Shown piece after piece: positions 35,496 through 44,441 of a DNA stretch of 64,000 bases. Location: the IMG/VR virus record IMGVR_UViG_3300037067_026010, positions 96,001 through 160,000 of that record; one strand, given 5' to 3'. A model generated the notes under the pieces. That model saw nothing but the letters and a program-made list of their open reading frames with translations. It made no database searches and was not told the origin of the DNA. Numbering within the stretch: position 1 is the stretch's first letter; each line of letters opens with the position of its first letter. The stretch comes from a virus (lineage: Duplodnaviria > Caudoviricetes). The translations under genes and the position numbers were made by a program.

Positions 35496-35701
35496 GGCTT
35501 GTCCTCCACGGTAAGTTCAACTTGCAGACGGAGTGGCAGTTGGTATAGCCGCTTCACTTGCGCGTTAATCGGCCAACAGGTTTGCTGCAGGATTTGTACC
35601 CGGACCCGCTGATGCACTTGTAGCTCGTCCGCCGGCTTGATCGGTATCCTAAAGTCCCGCCAGGTTTGCCAGATCTGCTGCCGGAGCTGATCTTTTGTCA
35701 T
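35492..35701 (-). CDS. Core array protein 5
   Basis: Ends ELTVEDKP. Confidence 0.75.
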   Translation of the reverse strand: MTKDQLRQQIWQTWRDFRIPIKPADELQVHQRVRVQILQQTCWPINAQVKRLYQLPLRLQVELTVEDKP

Positions 35702-35916
35702 GATTTATCCTCCACGGCAAGCTGGCTTTGTCGTTCGGTGTGCTGCATGAATTCCCGCATAACTTGCCACCAGTTTGGCCATTCGACCTGCCGTAGGGCC
35801 TGCCCGCGAATTGCCTGGTTAACTTGTTGCTCGATGGACCCCGAACACTGCTCCCAGATCCGCTGACAGATCTGCGGCTCAACCTGCAGCTGCTGTTGGA
35901 GCTGATCTTTTGTCAT
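35698..35916 (-). CDS. Core array protein 4
   Basis: Ends QSQLAVEDKS. Confidence 0.75.
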   Translation of the reverse strand: MTKDQLQQQLQVEPQICQRIWEQCSGSIEQQVNQAIRGQALRQVEWPNWWQVMREFMQHTERQSQLAVEDKS

Positions 35917-36152
35917 CCCTTGTCCTCCGCAGTAAGCCTGGCTTGCTGCCGGACGGGTGCCCGGATTTGCCCTGTAATTTGCCACCAGATCAGCGACTCG
36001 ATTTGCTCATAGATTTGCTCCCGCACCTGCTCCGGGACTTGCTGGTGCACTTGCCAGGCGGGTTGCCGCCCGATCTGCATCACCAGTTGCCTCTCAACAT
36101 GACCCCAGGCCTGCTGCCGTATTTCCCACTCAATGTGTCTTGTTGTCCTCAT
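35913..36152 (-). CDS. Core array protein 3
   Basis: Ends QQARLTAEDKG. Confidence 0.75.
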   Translation of the reverse strand: MRTTRHIEWEIRQQAWGHVERQLVMQIGRQPAWQVHQQVPEQVREQIYEQIESLIWWQITGQIRAPVRQQARLTAEDKG

Positions 36153-36355
36153 GGTTTGCCCTCCACGGCAAGCTGGCTTTGTTGCTCGATGTGCTGCTGT
36201 AATTCCCGCATAGATCGCCACCAGATTGGCCGTTCGATCTGCCCTAGGATCTGCTGGCGGGTTGTATAGTCAACTTGTTTCTTGACGGACCCACCGGCCT
36301 GCTCCAGTAGTTGCCATTCGAGTATTTGCCATTCAAGTGTCTCTACTGGCGTCAT
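36149..36355 (-). CDS. Core array protein 2
   Basis: TGATG; ends QSQLAVEGKP. Confidence 0.75.
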   Translation of the reverse strand: MTPVETLEWQILEWQLLEQAGGSVKKQVDYTTRQQILGQIERPIWWRSMRELQQHIEQQSQLAVEGKP

Positions 36356-36582
36356 CACTTGCCCTCCACCGTAAGCCTGGCTTGCTGCTGGACGGGTGAT
36401 CGAATTTGCCCTGCAATTTGTCCCCAGACCGACAGAGCGATTTGCGCATCGATTTGCTCCAGCACCTGCTCCTGGACTCGTTGGTGCGCTTGTTGCCGCC
36501 CGATCTGCACCGCCAGTTGTATTGCCTCGCAAGGCTGCGCACAGCACTGTGCGTATATGCCCAACCATCGACCTGTCTTCAT
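36355..36582 (-). CDS. Core array protein 1
   Basis: Ends QQARLTVEGK. Confidence 0.75.
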   Translation of the reverse strand: MKTGRWLGIYAQCCAQPCEAIQLAVQIGRQQAHQRVQEQVLEQIDAQIALSVWGQIAGQIRSPVQQQARLTVEGK

Positions 36583-36617
36583 AATTCGCCCTCCGCAGTA
36601 ATCCCTGGTTTGCAGCC

Positions 36618-36623
36618 ATTATA
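36618..36623 (-). promoter_or_regulatory. -10 box (TATAAT) ahead of the array
   Basis: Plus-strand ATTATA, 35 bp upstream of first ATG; no clear -35. Confidence 0.5.
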
Positions 36624-36655
36624 CCCAGCATTTTGCCTACGAAACTGCTGATTTG

Positions 36656-36673
36656 GCGGTGCTTAATTACCGC
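36656..36673. repeat. 18-bp repeat copy 6 (reverse orientation)
   Basis: GCGGTGCTTAATTACCGC between stop 36708 and the array promoter. Confidence 0.9.
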
Positions 36674-36707
36674 AATCCCGCTGTATTTGGCTAAGAGATA
36701 TCGTGGC

Positions 36708-37448
36708 TTAAACCACGTTGTTTTTTACGCCAAAAGATGCGTTTCCGTTGATATTTCCGGTCGTAGAAATGCCGCCGTAAGACTGAATAGGATGCTGATT
36801 CGGCGATTGATTTGCCTTCCCAGTCGGACCAGGAGCCATCGTCGTACTCGCTGCCAGAACCGCAGGCTGTGGCCTACGAGCCAGCAGGTCCATAACACTC
36901 GCTGTATCAGCTCCTACAGCCGACCCTCCCGGCTGCGGCGCCATAGGGCTCGCCACACCGCCTAATCCGGCTGTAGCAGGCGCTACGGCTCCTAAGCCAG
37001 ACGGCTGCGCTGTATTAGGTAATACAGCCGCCTTCTTTGCTGTATCAGCTGCTACAGCCGTACAAGGAGCTACAGCCATATGCCGCTGTACGGCTGCTGC
37101 CAGCAACTGCGCAGCCTTGATTGCTTGTAAATCAAACGGATCGGAGACAGGAGCTGCTGTAGGTGTTGATGTGCCACAGAGCATGGCGCCATCCTCGATA
37201 TTTGCGTATCCTGCCTCTTTTAACAATCGATAGGGTACGTAATCGTCCAGAACCGACGCCGACTTGGGATGCACGGGGATTCGCAGAAGTTGCAAGAGCT
37301 GCTCTGCGGGGTTTTTCGTTATTTTCGCGGCAGCTTGCTTGGAAAACCCGGAGTTGCCGTAACGAAGCAAGTCAAAAGGGCACAAGGCGGCCGTCGGCTT
37401 CGTGCCGGATGCCTGATCGCAATGCGTAAGTGGTAAAACTGTCGGCAT
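36708..37448 (-). CDS. Ala/Pro-rich putative virion protein
   Basis: K-x-A motifs; C-terminal PI..YGG....G.INGNA.FG.KN; start uncertain. Confidence 0.55.
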   Translation of the reverse strand: MPTVLPLTHCDQASGTKPTAALCPFDLLRYGNSGFSKQAAAKITKNPAEQLLQLLRIPVHPKSASVLDDYVPYRLLKEAGYANIEDGAMLCGTSTPTAAPVSDPFDLQAIKAAQLLAAAVQRHMAVAPCTAVAADTAKKAAVLPNTAQPSGLGAVAPATAGLGGVASPMAPQPGGSAVGADTASVMDLLARRPQPAVLAASTTMAPGPTGKANQSPNQHPIQSYGGISTTGNINGNASFGVKNNVV

Positions 37449-38023
37449 GTCGACCGCTTGTGCCTTTTGTTTTCTGGGTCTTCGGAGTAGGAACGCTCTT
37501 TTGAGGTATTCTTGCTTCGTGATGACGCTGCGCCGGTAAGCACATGCATTATCCAGGGGCAAACCGGAAAGGGCGTTCCAGCTTTTCACAGTATGGCGAT
37601 CGGTTCCGCCTGCGTCAAGGCAGGCACTCGAATAGAGCGCGGATAGTACTGGGGCGGTTGGGTAGGTGGCTGGGGCCGAGGCGGGCTTCGGCAGTGATGC
37701 CGGATGGGCTGCGGCAGTGGGTGGGGTATAGTTCGCCGTTTTCTTTAGCTATGGCGCTTTTGCCTGTTTTTACGCGAACTACGAGGGGAGATTGACGCTC
37801 TACTCCTATAGGCTGGCCGTACCACTCTGCGGGCAGTCGCCCTGGCAGGTGGGTATTTACAACCATGCCACCTTAGGGTATAGTTACAGGGAGAGGCAAG
37901 CGTGCTACGGCGGTTATCGACCCCTACGAGGCCCTACAGCGCGTCGATTCTCCGTCAGAACGCTTTCGGGGCCTTAGCATGGCCCATGACGATTGCCTCC
38001 TACGATAAGGAAGGAGGGTTATT

Positions 38024-38236
38024 ATGCAAAGCCAAATGCTCGTGGAAGACCTGATCCGACACCTCCAGCAGCACCACCCGAAGTGCCCCGTCGTCATTGA
38101 AGGCGAGGCGACCTGCAGGCCGCAGTTCATCCTGGCCGGCACGGAGCAGGTATACGTCGGACCAGTTCCCACCGATCTGTCCAATCCCGAATACTTCCGA
38201 GAGGTGGATGTCGTGCGCATCGTCCCCGGTAATTAA
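38024..38236 (+). CDS. Small hypothetical protein
   Basis: AAGGAGG SD; V.DLI..LQ..HP..PVVI. Confidence 0.65.
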   Translation: MQSQMLVEDLIRHLQQHHPKCPVVIEGEATCRPQFILAGTEQVYVGPVPTDLSNPEYFREVDVVRIVPGN

Positions 38237-38243
38237 GCACCGC
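38226..38243. repeat. 18-bp repeat copy 7
   Basis: CCGGTAATTAAGCACCGC between convergent genes; supplies the stop of 38024-38236. Confidence 0.88.
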
Positions 38244-38281
38244 GGCATGCGCTTACATACCACTCTGCCGGGGAGTGCCGG

Positions 38282-38602
38282 CTAAACAGGCTGGCCTCCC
38301 CGAATGAGGGCGCTATTCTTCGCGGAAACCCGGCCCCGAGGTATGTGCTGGATGTACAACCGCGCCCCGTAAATATTCCGCCATGCCGCCACCGTTCGGC
38401 AGAGGACGCGAAACGACGCGAACTCGACCAGGAAGGTTTCGCCGTCCTGGAACTGCAGCCGCAGTCTGCCCCCTCCGTTCGCCATTCGCGAAAGGAAAAC
38501 GTTCCGGCAATTATGCTTGCCGGCGTAAGCGCGCACGCCGCGCAAGTTCCTCGATCGGGACACCACCTTTCCGGCAGCATCGCGTATCTGCAAAGACTTC
38601 AT
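38282..38602 (-). CDS. Hypothetical phage protein
   Basis: AAGGAG SD; SRNLRG....G.L...F.DG....FAS..V....W. Confidence 0.65.
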   Translation of the reverse strand: MKSLQIRDAAGKVVSRSRNLRGVRAYAGKHNCRNVFLSRMANGGGRLRLQFQDGETFLVEFASFRVLCRTVAAWRNIYGARLYIQHIPRGRVSAKNSALIRGGQPV

Positions 38603-38617
38603 GGTCGCTCCTTTCTT

Positions 38618-39691
38618 TTAAGTTCCAAGACTTGCCGCCTCCTGCTTGATACGCTCTTGAATGCACCAGGCGACCGCCGCGCACACCCGCTCCTCGTCAT
38701 TGCGAAAACCTCGATAAAACCGCGTCTCCTCGTTCCCGAAGCGCGGCAGGACGCGGTGAACTTGCGCCGAGCCGCCGCCCGTGCGCAGGATCAGGTAACA
38801 CCTGAACGACACCCCGCCGCGCTTTTCGTAATCGCCGGCATAGCTGCGTTTGCCGTAAGAACAAAAATCGCGCATAGTCAACAGCATCGCCCGCCATCCG
38901 GCGCTGATTTGCACGGAATGCACCACGCTGCCCGTCAGCTTATGGTTCTTGCCGGGCCTTCCGGAAAAATCGCAATGCGCATGAAAAAAGGGTGTAGTCT
39001 CCGGGAGATTGACCCTGCCTACCACGCGAAGGAGGCACTTTACCGCGCCGTCGCTGTCCGGGTGTTCTTCCCCGATCTTGCCGAGCCGGCGCAGCGTGCC
39101 GTCCTTCCAGGCCTTGCGCGTCGGCGCGATGCCCAGCTTGCCGGAACGGATGCGCTTGAGCAGAGCCTCTTCCTTCTCGGCAACGCGTTGCTCGGCGAGG
39201 TGCCGCGCCATTTCGAGAAACCGGCCCGGTTCGCCGCGCCGCGCCTTCTCGGCCATGCCGCGATTCGACCGGCGTATATGCCGCTGCCGGAGTATTTCCA
39301 GGGCCTCCTTGACGGCACGGCGCTCGGCGAAGTCCGTTTCGTAGTATTTTGCGCACTGCCCGAGTTTTTGCCAGGCCCGCCTGCGCTCCGGCGCAAAAGC
39401 GAGTAATTCCCGCGCCGTCGTTTTGGCCTTCAGGCGTTCGCGCATCGGCATAATCAGCGCGGCTTCGATCTCCCGATGCCGGCGGGCGTCCGACCGCTGC
39501 AACAACTCGCATGCGGCAACCGCTTCGGCCTGCCTGACGAGCGCGTCATAATCTTCGAAATCTCTCCAGCGGTACGAGCACCGATAAAAGACGCTGGCCG
39601 ACGAGCCTTCCAAGTACGCCTGTATGCCCGCATCGGAGCTTCTTAGGACGATCGTACCTAAAGCACACGGTTCATGAATTTCCACGCTCAT
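38618..39691 (-). CDS. Basic hypothetical protein
   Basis: AGGAG SD, long ORF. Confidence 0.6.
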   Translation of the reverse strand: MSVEIHEPCALGTIVLRSSDAGIQAYLEGSSASVFYRCSYRWRDFEDYDALVRQAEAVAACELLQRSDARRHREIEAALIMPMRERLKAKTTARELLAFAPERRRAWQKLGQCAKYYETDFAERRAVKEALEILRQRHIRRSNRGMAEKARRGEPGRFLEMARHLAEQRVAEKEEALLKRIRSGKLGIAPTRKAWKDGTLRRLGKIGEEHPDSDGAVKCLLRVVGRVNLPETTPFFHAHCDFSGRPGKNHKLTGSVVHSVQISAGWRAMLLTMRDFCSYGKRSYAGDYEKRGGVSFRCYLILRTGGGSAQVHRVLPRFGNEETRFYRGFRNDEERVCAAVAWCIQERIKQEAASLGT

Positions 39692-39798
39692 GCGATTCTC
39701 CTTTCCTGATTTCCCGCGCCGTCTCGAATGCCCTTGTCTACGCGCTAGCCGCCTTGTTATCATTGAGTCGGTATCGCCGACTATTCAGGAGACCATTT

Positions 39799-40413
39799 AT
39801 GCCCCCGTTCCAACGCCGCATCACCATTCCCGGAGCACCGTCTGCACCGAATACTGAAGGCACCTATTCCCTCTATGCGAGTTGCACCAATTGCAACTGG
39901 GCGGGGCGCGTCGACGTCCCCAAAGGCATGCCTTTCAGAGAAGGAGAGGGCTTCGGCGACTATGCCCTCTGCCCGCATTGCGCTTGCAGCACCCTCTTGC
40001 GCTGCGCCGATCCGGAGAAAACCGAGGAAGCGACGGAACCCCCCGTGCAAGAACGCCAAGGCCCTATCGGGCCGCAGGGCATACCAGGACCGATAGGCCC
40101 GCCGGGGCCGGCAGGCGTAGCGCCGAGACCCGTTGTATGGCCACCGGTGCCGGCAGAACGGCCTGAACGCACCTGGCAGCCTACAACGCCAATCCCCTAT
40201 GCGCCTGATCCTACGCGCATCATGCACCCGAATTGGCAGCTATACGTGTCCCACCGCCAACAGACTGAGCAACTGACCACCGAACAGGCGCGAGGGTCGG
40301 ATGCAGACCTGCATACGCCCCAGAATGCCAACGGCTTGCGCATCGGCTGTCCCTACGGTTGCGTCGGCACCGCCCACGATTTTGCCAAGGTCACCGCTAC
40401 CCCTGCCGTATAA
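39799..40413 (+). CDS. Zn-ribbon plus short collagen-like protein
   Basis: CTNC/CPHC; GPIGPQGIPGPIGPPGPAG. Confidence 0.65.
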   Translation: MPPFQRRITIPGAPSAPNTEGTYSLYASCTNCNWAGRVDVPKGMPFREGEGFGDYALCPHCACSTLLRCADPEKTEEATEPPVQERQGPIGPQGIPGPIGPPGPAGVAPRPVVWPPVPAERPERTWQPTTPIPYAPDPTRIMHPNWQLYVSHRQQTEQLTTEQARGSDADLHTPQNANGLRIGCPYGCVGTAHDFAKVTATPAV

Positions 40414-40416
40414 ACC

Positions 40417-40875
40417 ATGCTCGCTTCCATTGTCCGCTGGCCCGACGAATCCTGGACCGTCACCCTCGGTGTAACGCATCGCGATCTCGACAGCTGCGAG
40501 CCCGATGACGCCCTGATCTGGCAACTCAAACGCCTGCCGGTCATTGCCGAGCCGTTAGTTGTCGTGCTCGCCGACAGCGGGCATTTCGGGACGGCGCGGC
40601 GCCGTAGAAAACTCTTTGACGTGCTCCAGCTGCATTACCCCGACGATAACTTCTTTCTGCCCATTCTTCTGACCCAGACCAGTCGCGCGCAATTGCGCCG
40701 CGGGCGCGACCTCGCATTCGGCAATCCGCTCGCTAAATCGACGGCGGCGGGCTGGCAGTTCTGCAGGGAAATAAGCGTCAGATGCCGCGCGACCCGCAGA
40801 GCCCTGCGCGACGCTTGGAGAGTCGACGCGCGAGGCGGGCCGCACGACGTATATCCGGAAGATACCGCGGAATAG
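40417..40875 (+). CDS. Hypothetical protein
   Basis: Directly follows previous gene. Confidence 0.55.
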   Translation: MLASIVRWPDESWTVTLGVTHRDLDSCEPDDALIWQLKRLPVIAEPLVVVLADSGHFGTARRRRKLFDVLQLHYPDDNFFLPILLTQTSRAQLRRGRDLAFGNPLAKSTAAGWQFCREISVRCRATRRALRDAWRVDARGGPHDVYPEDTAE

Positions 40876-40879
40876 ATTG

Positions 40880-41467
40880 CTACGGCGCCGTTCTGTCGGG
40901 CAGCCGGATCACCCGCGTGCGCTCTTGGGGAGGCGGGCGTTGCGCCGTTTCGGCCTTTGCACTGGAAGACAGGCCCTGCTCGGAAGCAACGCGCAGGACA
41001 GCCACATGCAACTCGCGGAAAGGCACGCCCTCGTCGATCAACCAGTAGAGGAAGTAGTAAAGTATCTCCGACAGCGCAGCACGGGATATGGAACGGCACA
41101 GCGCGTGCAAGAGCGCCCCCGCGCGGGACAACACCCTTGGCACGTCGTCGCGATGATACCAACGGCGCGCAGTATCGATGAAGGTACGCGCCTGAGTCTG
41201 CGTAAATCGCCGCTGGCTTTCGCTACTTGAGGCACGCTGCTGGCTTTCGTCACCGGGTACAGTATATCGGATATACTGTTCGACCGGGACATCTGGGGTA
41301 TATAACGCCTGGAGTTCCTCAAACGTCGGTCTATTTAACGGTCCGTGCTGGCGTGCATCCGCGGCAAGGGCGTTAGCCATGTCTTCGTTGTGCGGCACGT
41401 TAATGTTAAACCAACCATGTGCGCCACCTATACGAGGACGCTGCGCGGGCGTTGCTGGATCGCTCAT
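40880..41467 (-). CDS. Hypothetical protein
   Basis: ATGA-coupled to 41464-41814. Confidence 0.55.
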   Translation of the reverse strand: MSDPATPAQRPRIGGAHGWFNINVPHNEDMANALAADARQHGPLNRPTFEELQALYTPDVPVEQYIRYTVPGDESQQRASSSESQRRFTQTQARTFIDTARRWYHRDDVPRVLSRAGALLHALCRSISRAALSEILYYFLYWLIDEGVPFRELHVAVLRVASEQGLSSSAKAETAQRPPPQERTRVIRLPDRTAP

Positions 41468-41814
41468 TTCGGTGCCTCGCCGCGTGTTATGGGAAAACTC
41501 ACACTTGGGACCACGCCGTGCTGGCACACACCGCTTTTGCCCTCGGTAATGGGCAAGGACCGGCCTTGCCCGGCGGTCATGCTCGGCATTGGCGCATTCG
41601 ACCACCGCAGCACCGTGCCGTCCTGCAGACACAGGCCTATGCCCGCGTCCAAATAGTCCACGCGGATCGGCTGCATCCCGCCAAGAATTGCTTGGCCGCA
41701 TTGCACGAAGCGATACATGGCCGCTAAATCCGCCTTCGGTGTGTCCTCCGGCAGCGTTTTGCACACTTCGGCATACACCCACGCCAATAAGTCTTGGGGA
41801 TTTTGCTCTGCCAT
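41464..41814 (-). CDS. Hypothetical protein
   Basis: AAGGA SD. Confidence 0.6.
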   Translation of the reverse strand: MAEQNPQDLLAWVYAEVCKTLPEDTPKADLAAMYRFVQCGQAILGGMQPIRVDYLDAGIGLCLQDGTVLRWSNAPMPSMTAGQGRSLPITEGKSGVCQHGVVPSVSFPITRGEAPK

Positions 41815-41854
41815 TTCAAGGTTCCTTTTTTTTTATGAAAATTTTGGTAACGGT

Positions 41855-42202
41855 TTACTTGGGCTCAACCTGGGACGGCCACGGTTCGTTTTGGAGAATC
41901 TGGAATCCGATCAATTCGAGCCAATCTCCTACCGTTTCTTTAGGGTCTGAAAATTTAGCGGCGATCGGGCCATATCCTTTTTTGGGGCCAGATTCGTAAG
42001 TGCCGCAGAGCCCGTTGAGAAGCCCGAGCAATCCCACGTGCCATCCCCCATGTTGTGTTATAACCTGGCAACTCGGATGGTCCGCAAGTTTCTCATTGCA
42101 CGGAACGCGATTGGCAAGCAATGCCCCGATGGCTGGCCGATCTAGTTCGCATAAATCATTCAAATACGCGACAATTTTTTCTGCGAGTTTTAAATCAACC
42201 AT
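41855..42202 (-). CDS. Conserved phage hypothetical protein
   Basis: LN....LD..AI..L...RVPCN..LADHP..QV....VGLLGLLNGL.G. Confidence 0.7.
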   Translation of the reverse strand: MVDLKLAEKIVAYLNDLCELDRPAIGALLANRVPCNEKLADHPSCQVITQHGGWHVGLLGLLNGLCGTYESGPKKGYGPIAAKFSDPKETVGDWLELIGFQILQNEPWPSQVEPK

Positions 42203-42246
42203 TTTTCCTCCCGTTATAGTGCCCCAGGTAAATACCTGCCAAAATT

Positions 42247-42960
42247 TTACTCACAGCCTGCGAGTTCGTTTTTCATGGCTTCGCGCACCGGCACCAGAGC
42301 GATCGCATTACAGGGCACGGCATGGCCCCTTGCCCGCAGGTTGTCCACCAACCCCACGTATTTCCGCCAGCGGTCTATTGCCCGCAGCAACCCTTCGCAT
42401 AACGCTCTTGCGTCGTTCCAGGCTTGCCGCGTCGTCGTATGCTGCCCCAGCTGCCGCATGGCCGCAAGGTATTTCTGGTATTCAGGCAATATGGCCGCCA
42501 GGCTGTGTCGATACCGATCGGGTGCCGCCAAGAGATGGCTTCTGGCAGTATGCAGCGATGCACGCAGTTGCACGAGCCGCACGATCTGTGCGCACGGCGA
42601 GGCCTGCCCCAAAACGCCCGTATGCATAAGAATCCGCTTAGGCAGCGGAAGCCGCGTGTCAACGGTCAGCGCCACTACGATATCCGCGACCTCCAGATTC
42701 GTAAGACTCGCGAGGTCCTCGTAGACGCAACCGTAATGGTCGAAAGCCCCTGCCAGCAACATGGCGTGCCACGCTGCGGCCGAACTGCTGTGCATGGCCG
42801 CCGATACGAAGCCGTTCGCTTCCAGATACCACGCCATCGCCAGCTTCTCGGCAATTTGGCCCAGTCGCATTCGCTGCCGCAGCACCGGACACATCCCACC
42901 GAACCAAGCCTCTTGCACCCAACTGATCGTACGCCCCTTATCGAGCATGTCCGTAGTCAT
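42247..42960 (-). CDS. RelA/SpoT-hydrolase (Mesh1/HD_4)-like protein lacking the HD dyad
   Basis: AMLLAGAFD..G..YEDL......EVADIV.ALT.D.RLP...A..CAQIVRL. Confidence 0.5.
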   Translation of the reverse strand: MTTDMLDKGRTISWVQEAWFGGMCPVLRQRMRLGQIAEKLAMAWYLEANGFVSAAMHSSSAAAWHAMLLAGAFDHYGCVYEDLASLTNLEVADIVVALTVDTRLPLPKRILMHTGVLGQASPCAQIVRLVQLRASLHTARSHLLAAPDRYRHSLAAILPEYQKYLAAMRQLGQHTTTRQAWNDARALCEGLLRAIDRWRKYVGLVDNLRARGHAVPCNAIALVPVREAMKNELAGCE

Positions 42961-42994
42961 GAGCAGGATCCTTCCGAAACGGGGTCAGAAACGC

Positions 42995-43318
42995 TTATTC
43001 TGCGGCGTCGCCGACCGGTGATTCGTCGTCCATTGGTTTCGCGATCGGTGACAAGACCGGCTTCGGCGTCTCGGCGGACGGTGCCGCGGCCTTCTGCGGT
43101 ACATTCTTGTACGTCTCTGCCATATCCGGTGCCTGCACTGGCGCCGGTTGCTCGCTCGGATTGGCTTGCGGAGGCACGATTGGTGCCACGGTAAGTGCTG
43201 GAGCGGGCACTGGCACGCTGTCCGGATCAGGAGCGCCTGCGGAAGCCGAAGGGTAGAACGTTCTGGTGCCAGGCGCTGCGCGCTTGGCTAGGCGTCGGCG
43301 GTATTCGATTTGGCTCAT
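42995..43318 (-). CDS. Pro-rich hypothetical protein
   Basis: AAGGAG SD. Confidence 0.55.
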   Translation of the reverse strand: MSQIEYRRRLAKRAAPGTRTFYPSASAGAPDPDSVPVPAPALTVAPIVPPQANPSEQPAPVQAPDMAETYKNVPQKAAAPSAETPKPVLSPIAKPMDDESPVGDAAE

Positions 43319-43393
43319 CGTACGCTCCTTTTCGATAATTAGCCCGCTTTAAACTGCCTCTGTGGATAATGTATCGCGCCGCTCCCTTTTTGG

Positions 43394-44416
43394 CTAGAGG
43401 TTGAAAGCTTGCAATAATCCGTCAGAAAAAGCGCGCTCCCGCGCAGACGCGTTGTACGGCGTGTGTCCGTACATCTCTTCCACCTTTTCCGGGTTATCCA
43501 GCAGTGCTCTGCAGCAGGCCTCGATTGCTGCGTAATTTGGCACGGGTTTTGGCACTCCCGCAGCAGTTAAACGACATCGGCAAGGTATGGTCAGACTGTT
43601 GTTCGGATGCAGGAATTCGAGCACCGATGTCATGTTGTAAGCAATCACAGGCGAACCGGCGTACAGCGATAACAAGCCGGGCAGCCCGGCACCTGCATCG
43701 CGTGTCGGCCAGAACGTCCAGTCCGCCTCCAGAAAGCTTTGAACAGACCAACGCCGCTGTGGATCCGGCACAAGCTGCACGCGTTCGCCGTAAGCTCTGC
43801 GCAACTGCCGCAGCCAACGGTAAGCGAACGGTGCAAGTGTTGCAGGTGTGTAGCCCACAATCAGCTGCATGTCGCCGTACCGCTGCAACAGCCTATGCAG
43901 CACGCTCAAGATCGTACCTTCGACGCTCTGTGCCATATCATCCCATAACGGGAGAAATACGCAGCGTCCGGACTGCGATTTTTTGCGATAAAATACGGGG
44001 ACTCCCGGATCCAACGGTACGTACCGCGTGCCCACTTGCCACCGAGTACTTAAAAACTGCATGGCATTGCGCGCGGGGCAAAGCACCTCATCCGCTGCCC
44101 TATAGGCCTCGGCATCTGCAGGTTCCAAGTCGCCCCATAGACAGTAAATTATCGCCCTGGCCGATGTATGGCACTTCACCCACGCTACCTGCCCGGCACT
44201 CGGCTGTTTCAGCCAAAGAATGTAATCCTGACCTTTGGACCAGTCCGTAAACCGGCCGCGCCCTATGCTGCATAGATCCGGCAATAGCCGTTGGGAAGTC
44301 GTGGCCGTACGCCACAACGAGCTGGATAGCCCCTGCTGCGCGGCCCAGCGTGCAACGCGCAGCGCAATTTGTGTGGCTTCGCCGTGATATGGAGGAGGTA
44401 CGAGGCCAAGACGCAT
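43394..44416 (-). CDS. GT-B (GT4-like) glycosyltransferase
   Basis: AD..F.PT...GAGLPGL.SL..GSPVI.Y......EFL C-terminal signature. Confidence 0.65.
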   Translation of the reverse strand: MRLGLVPPPYHGEATQIALRVARWAAQQGLSSSLWRTATTSQRLLPDLCSIGRGRFTDWSKGQDYILWLKQPSAGQVAWVKCHTSARAIIYCLWGDLEPADAEAYRAADEVLCPARNAMQFLSTRWQVGTRYVPLDPGVPVFYRKKSQSGRCVFLPLWDDMAQSVEGTILSVLHRLLQRYGDMQLIVGYTPATLAPFAYRWLRQLRRAYGERVQLVPDPQRRWSVQSFLEADWTFWPTRDAGAGLPGLLSLYAGSPVIAYNMTSVLEFLHPNNSLTIPCRCRLTAAGVPKPVPNYAAIEACCRALLDNPEKVEEMYGHTPYNASARERAFSDGLLQAFNL

Positions 44417-44441
44417 GATGACTTTGCAGGTCGGCCCATCC

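Larger units (their letters stand above)
20407..36582 (-). other. Array of >60 translationally coupled small ORFs
   Basis: Contiguous ORFs, mostly 62-108 aa, with ATGA/TAATG or short overlaps; SD embedded in the previous C-terminus; shared Q/V/I/W helical pattern. Confidence 0.85.
32891..36602 (-). repeat. Degenerate ~24-bp junction repeat (consensus CTTACCGTGGAGG(G/A)CAAGCCATGA), period ~195-240 bp
   Basis: Plus-strand TCATGGCTTGTCCTCCACGGTAAG at 35492; variants at 34823, 33121, 33933, 36149, 35698, 35913, 32891 and in the leader at 36579. Confidence 0.8.

Noticed and set aside
20407-36582. Integron cassette array
   Set aside because: No intergenic space for attC hairpins, genes overlap, and no tyrosine integrase is in the window.
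20407-36582. One giant gene fragmented by stop-codon reassignment or frameshift errors
   Set aside because: Successive ORFs change frame and each has its own SD and ATG; conserved genes elsewhere are intact under the standard code.
32634-36602. CRISPR array
   Set aside because: Repeats are degenerate, the period is ~200-240 bp, interiors are open reading frames, and no cas genes are present.
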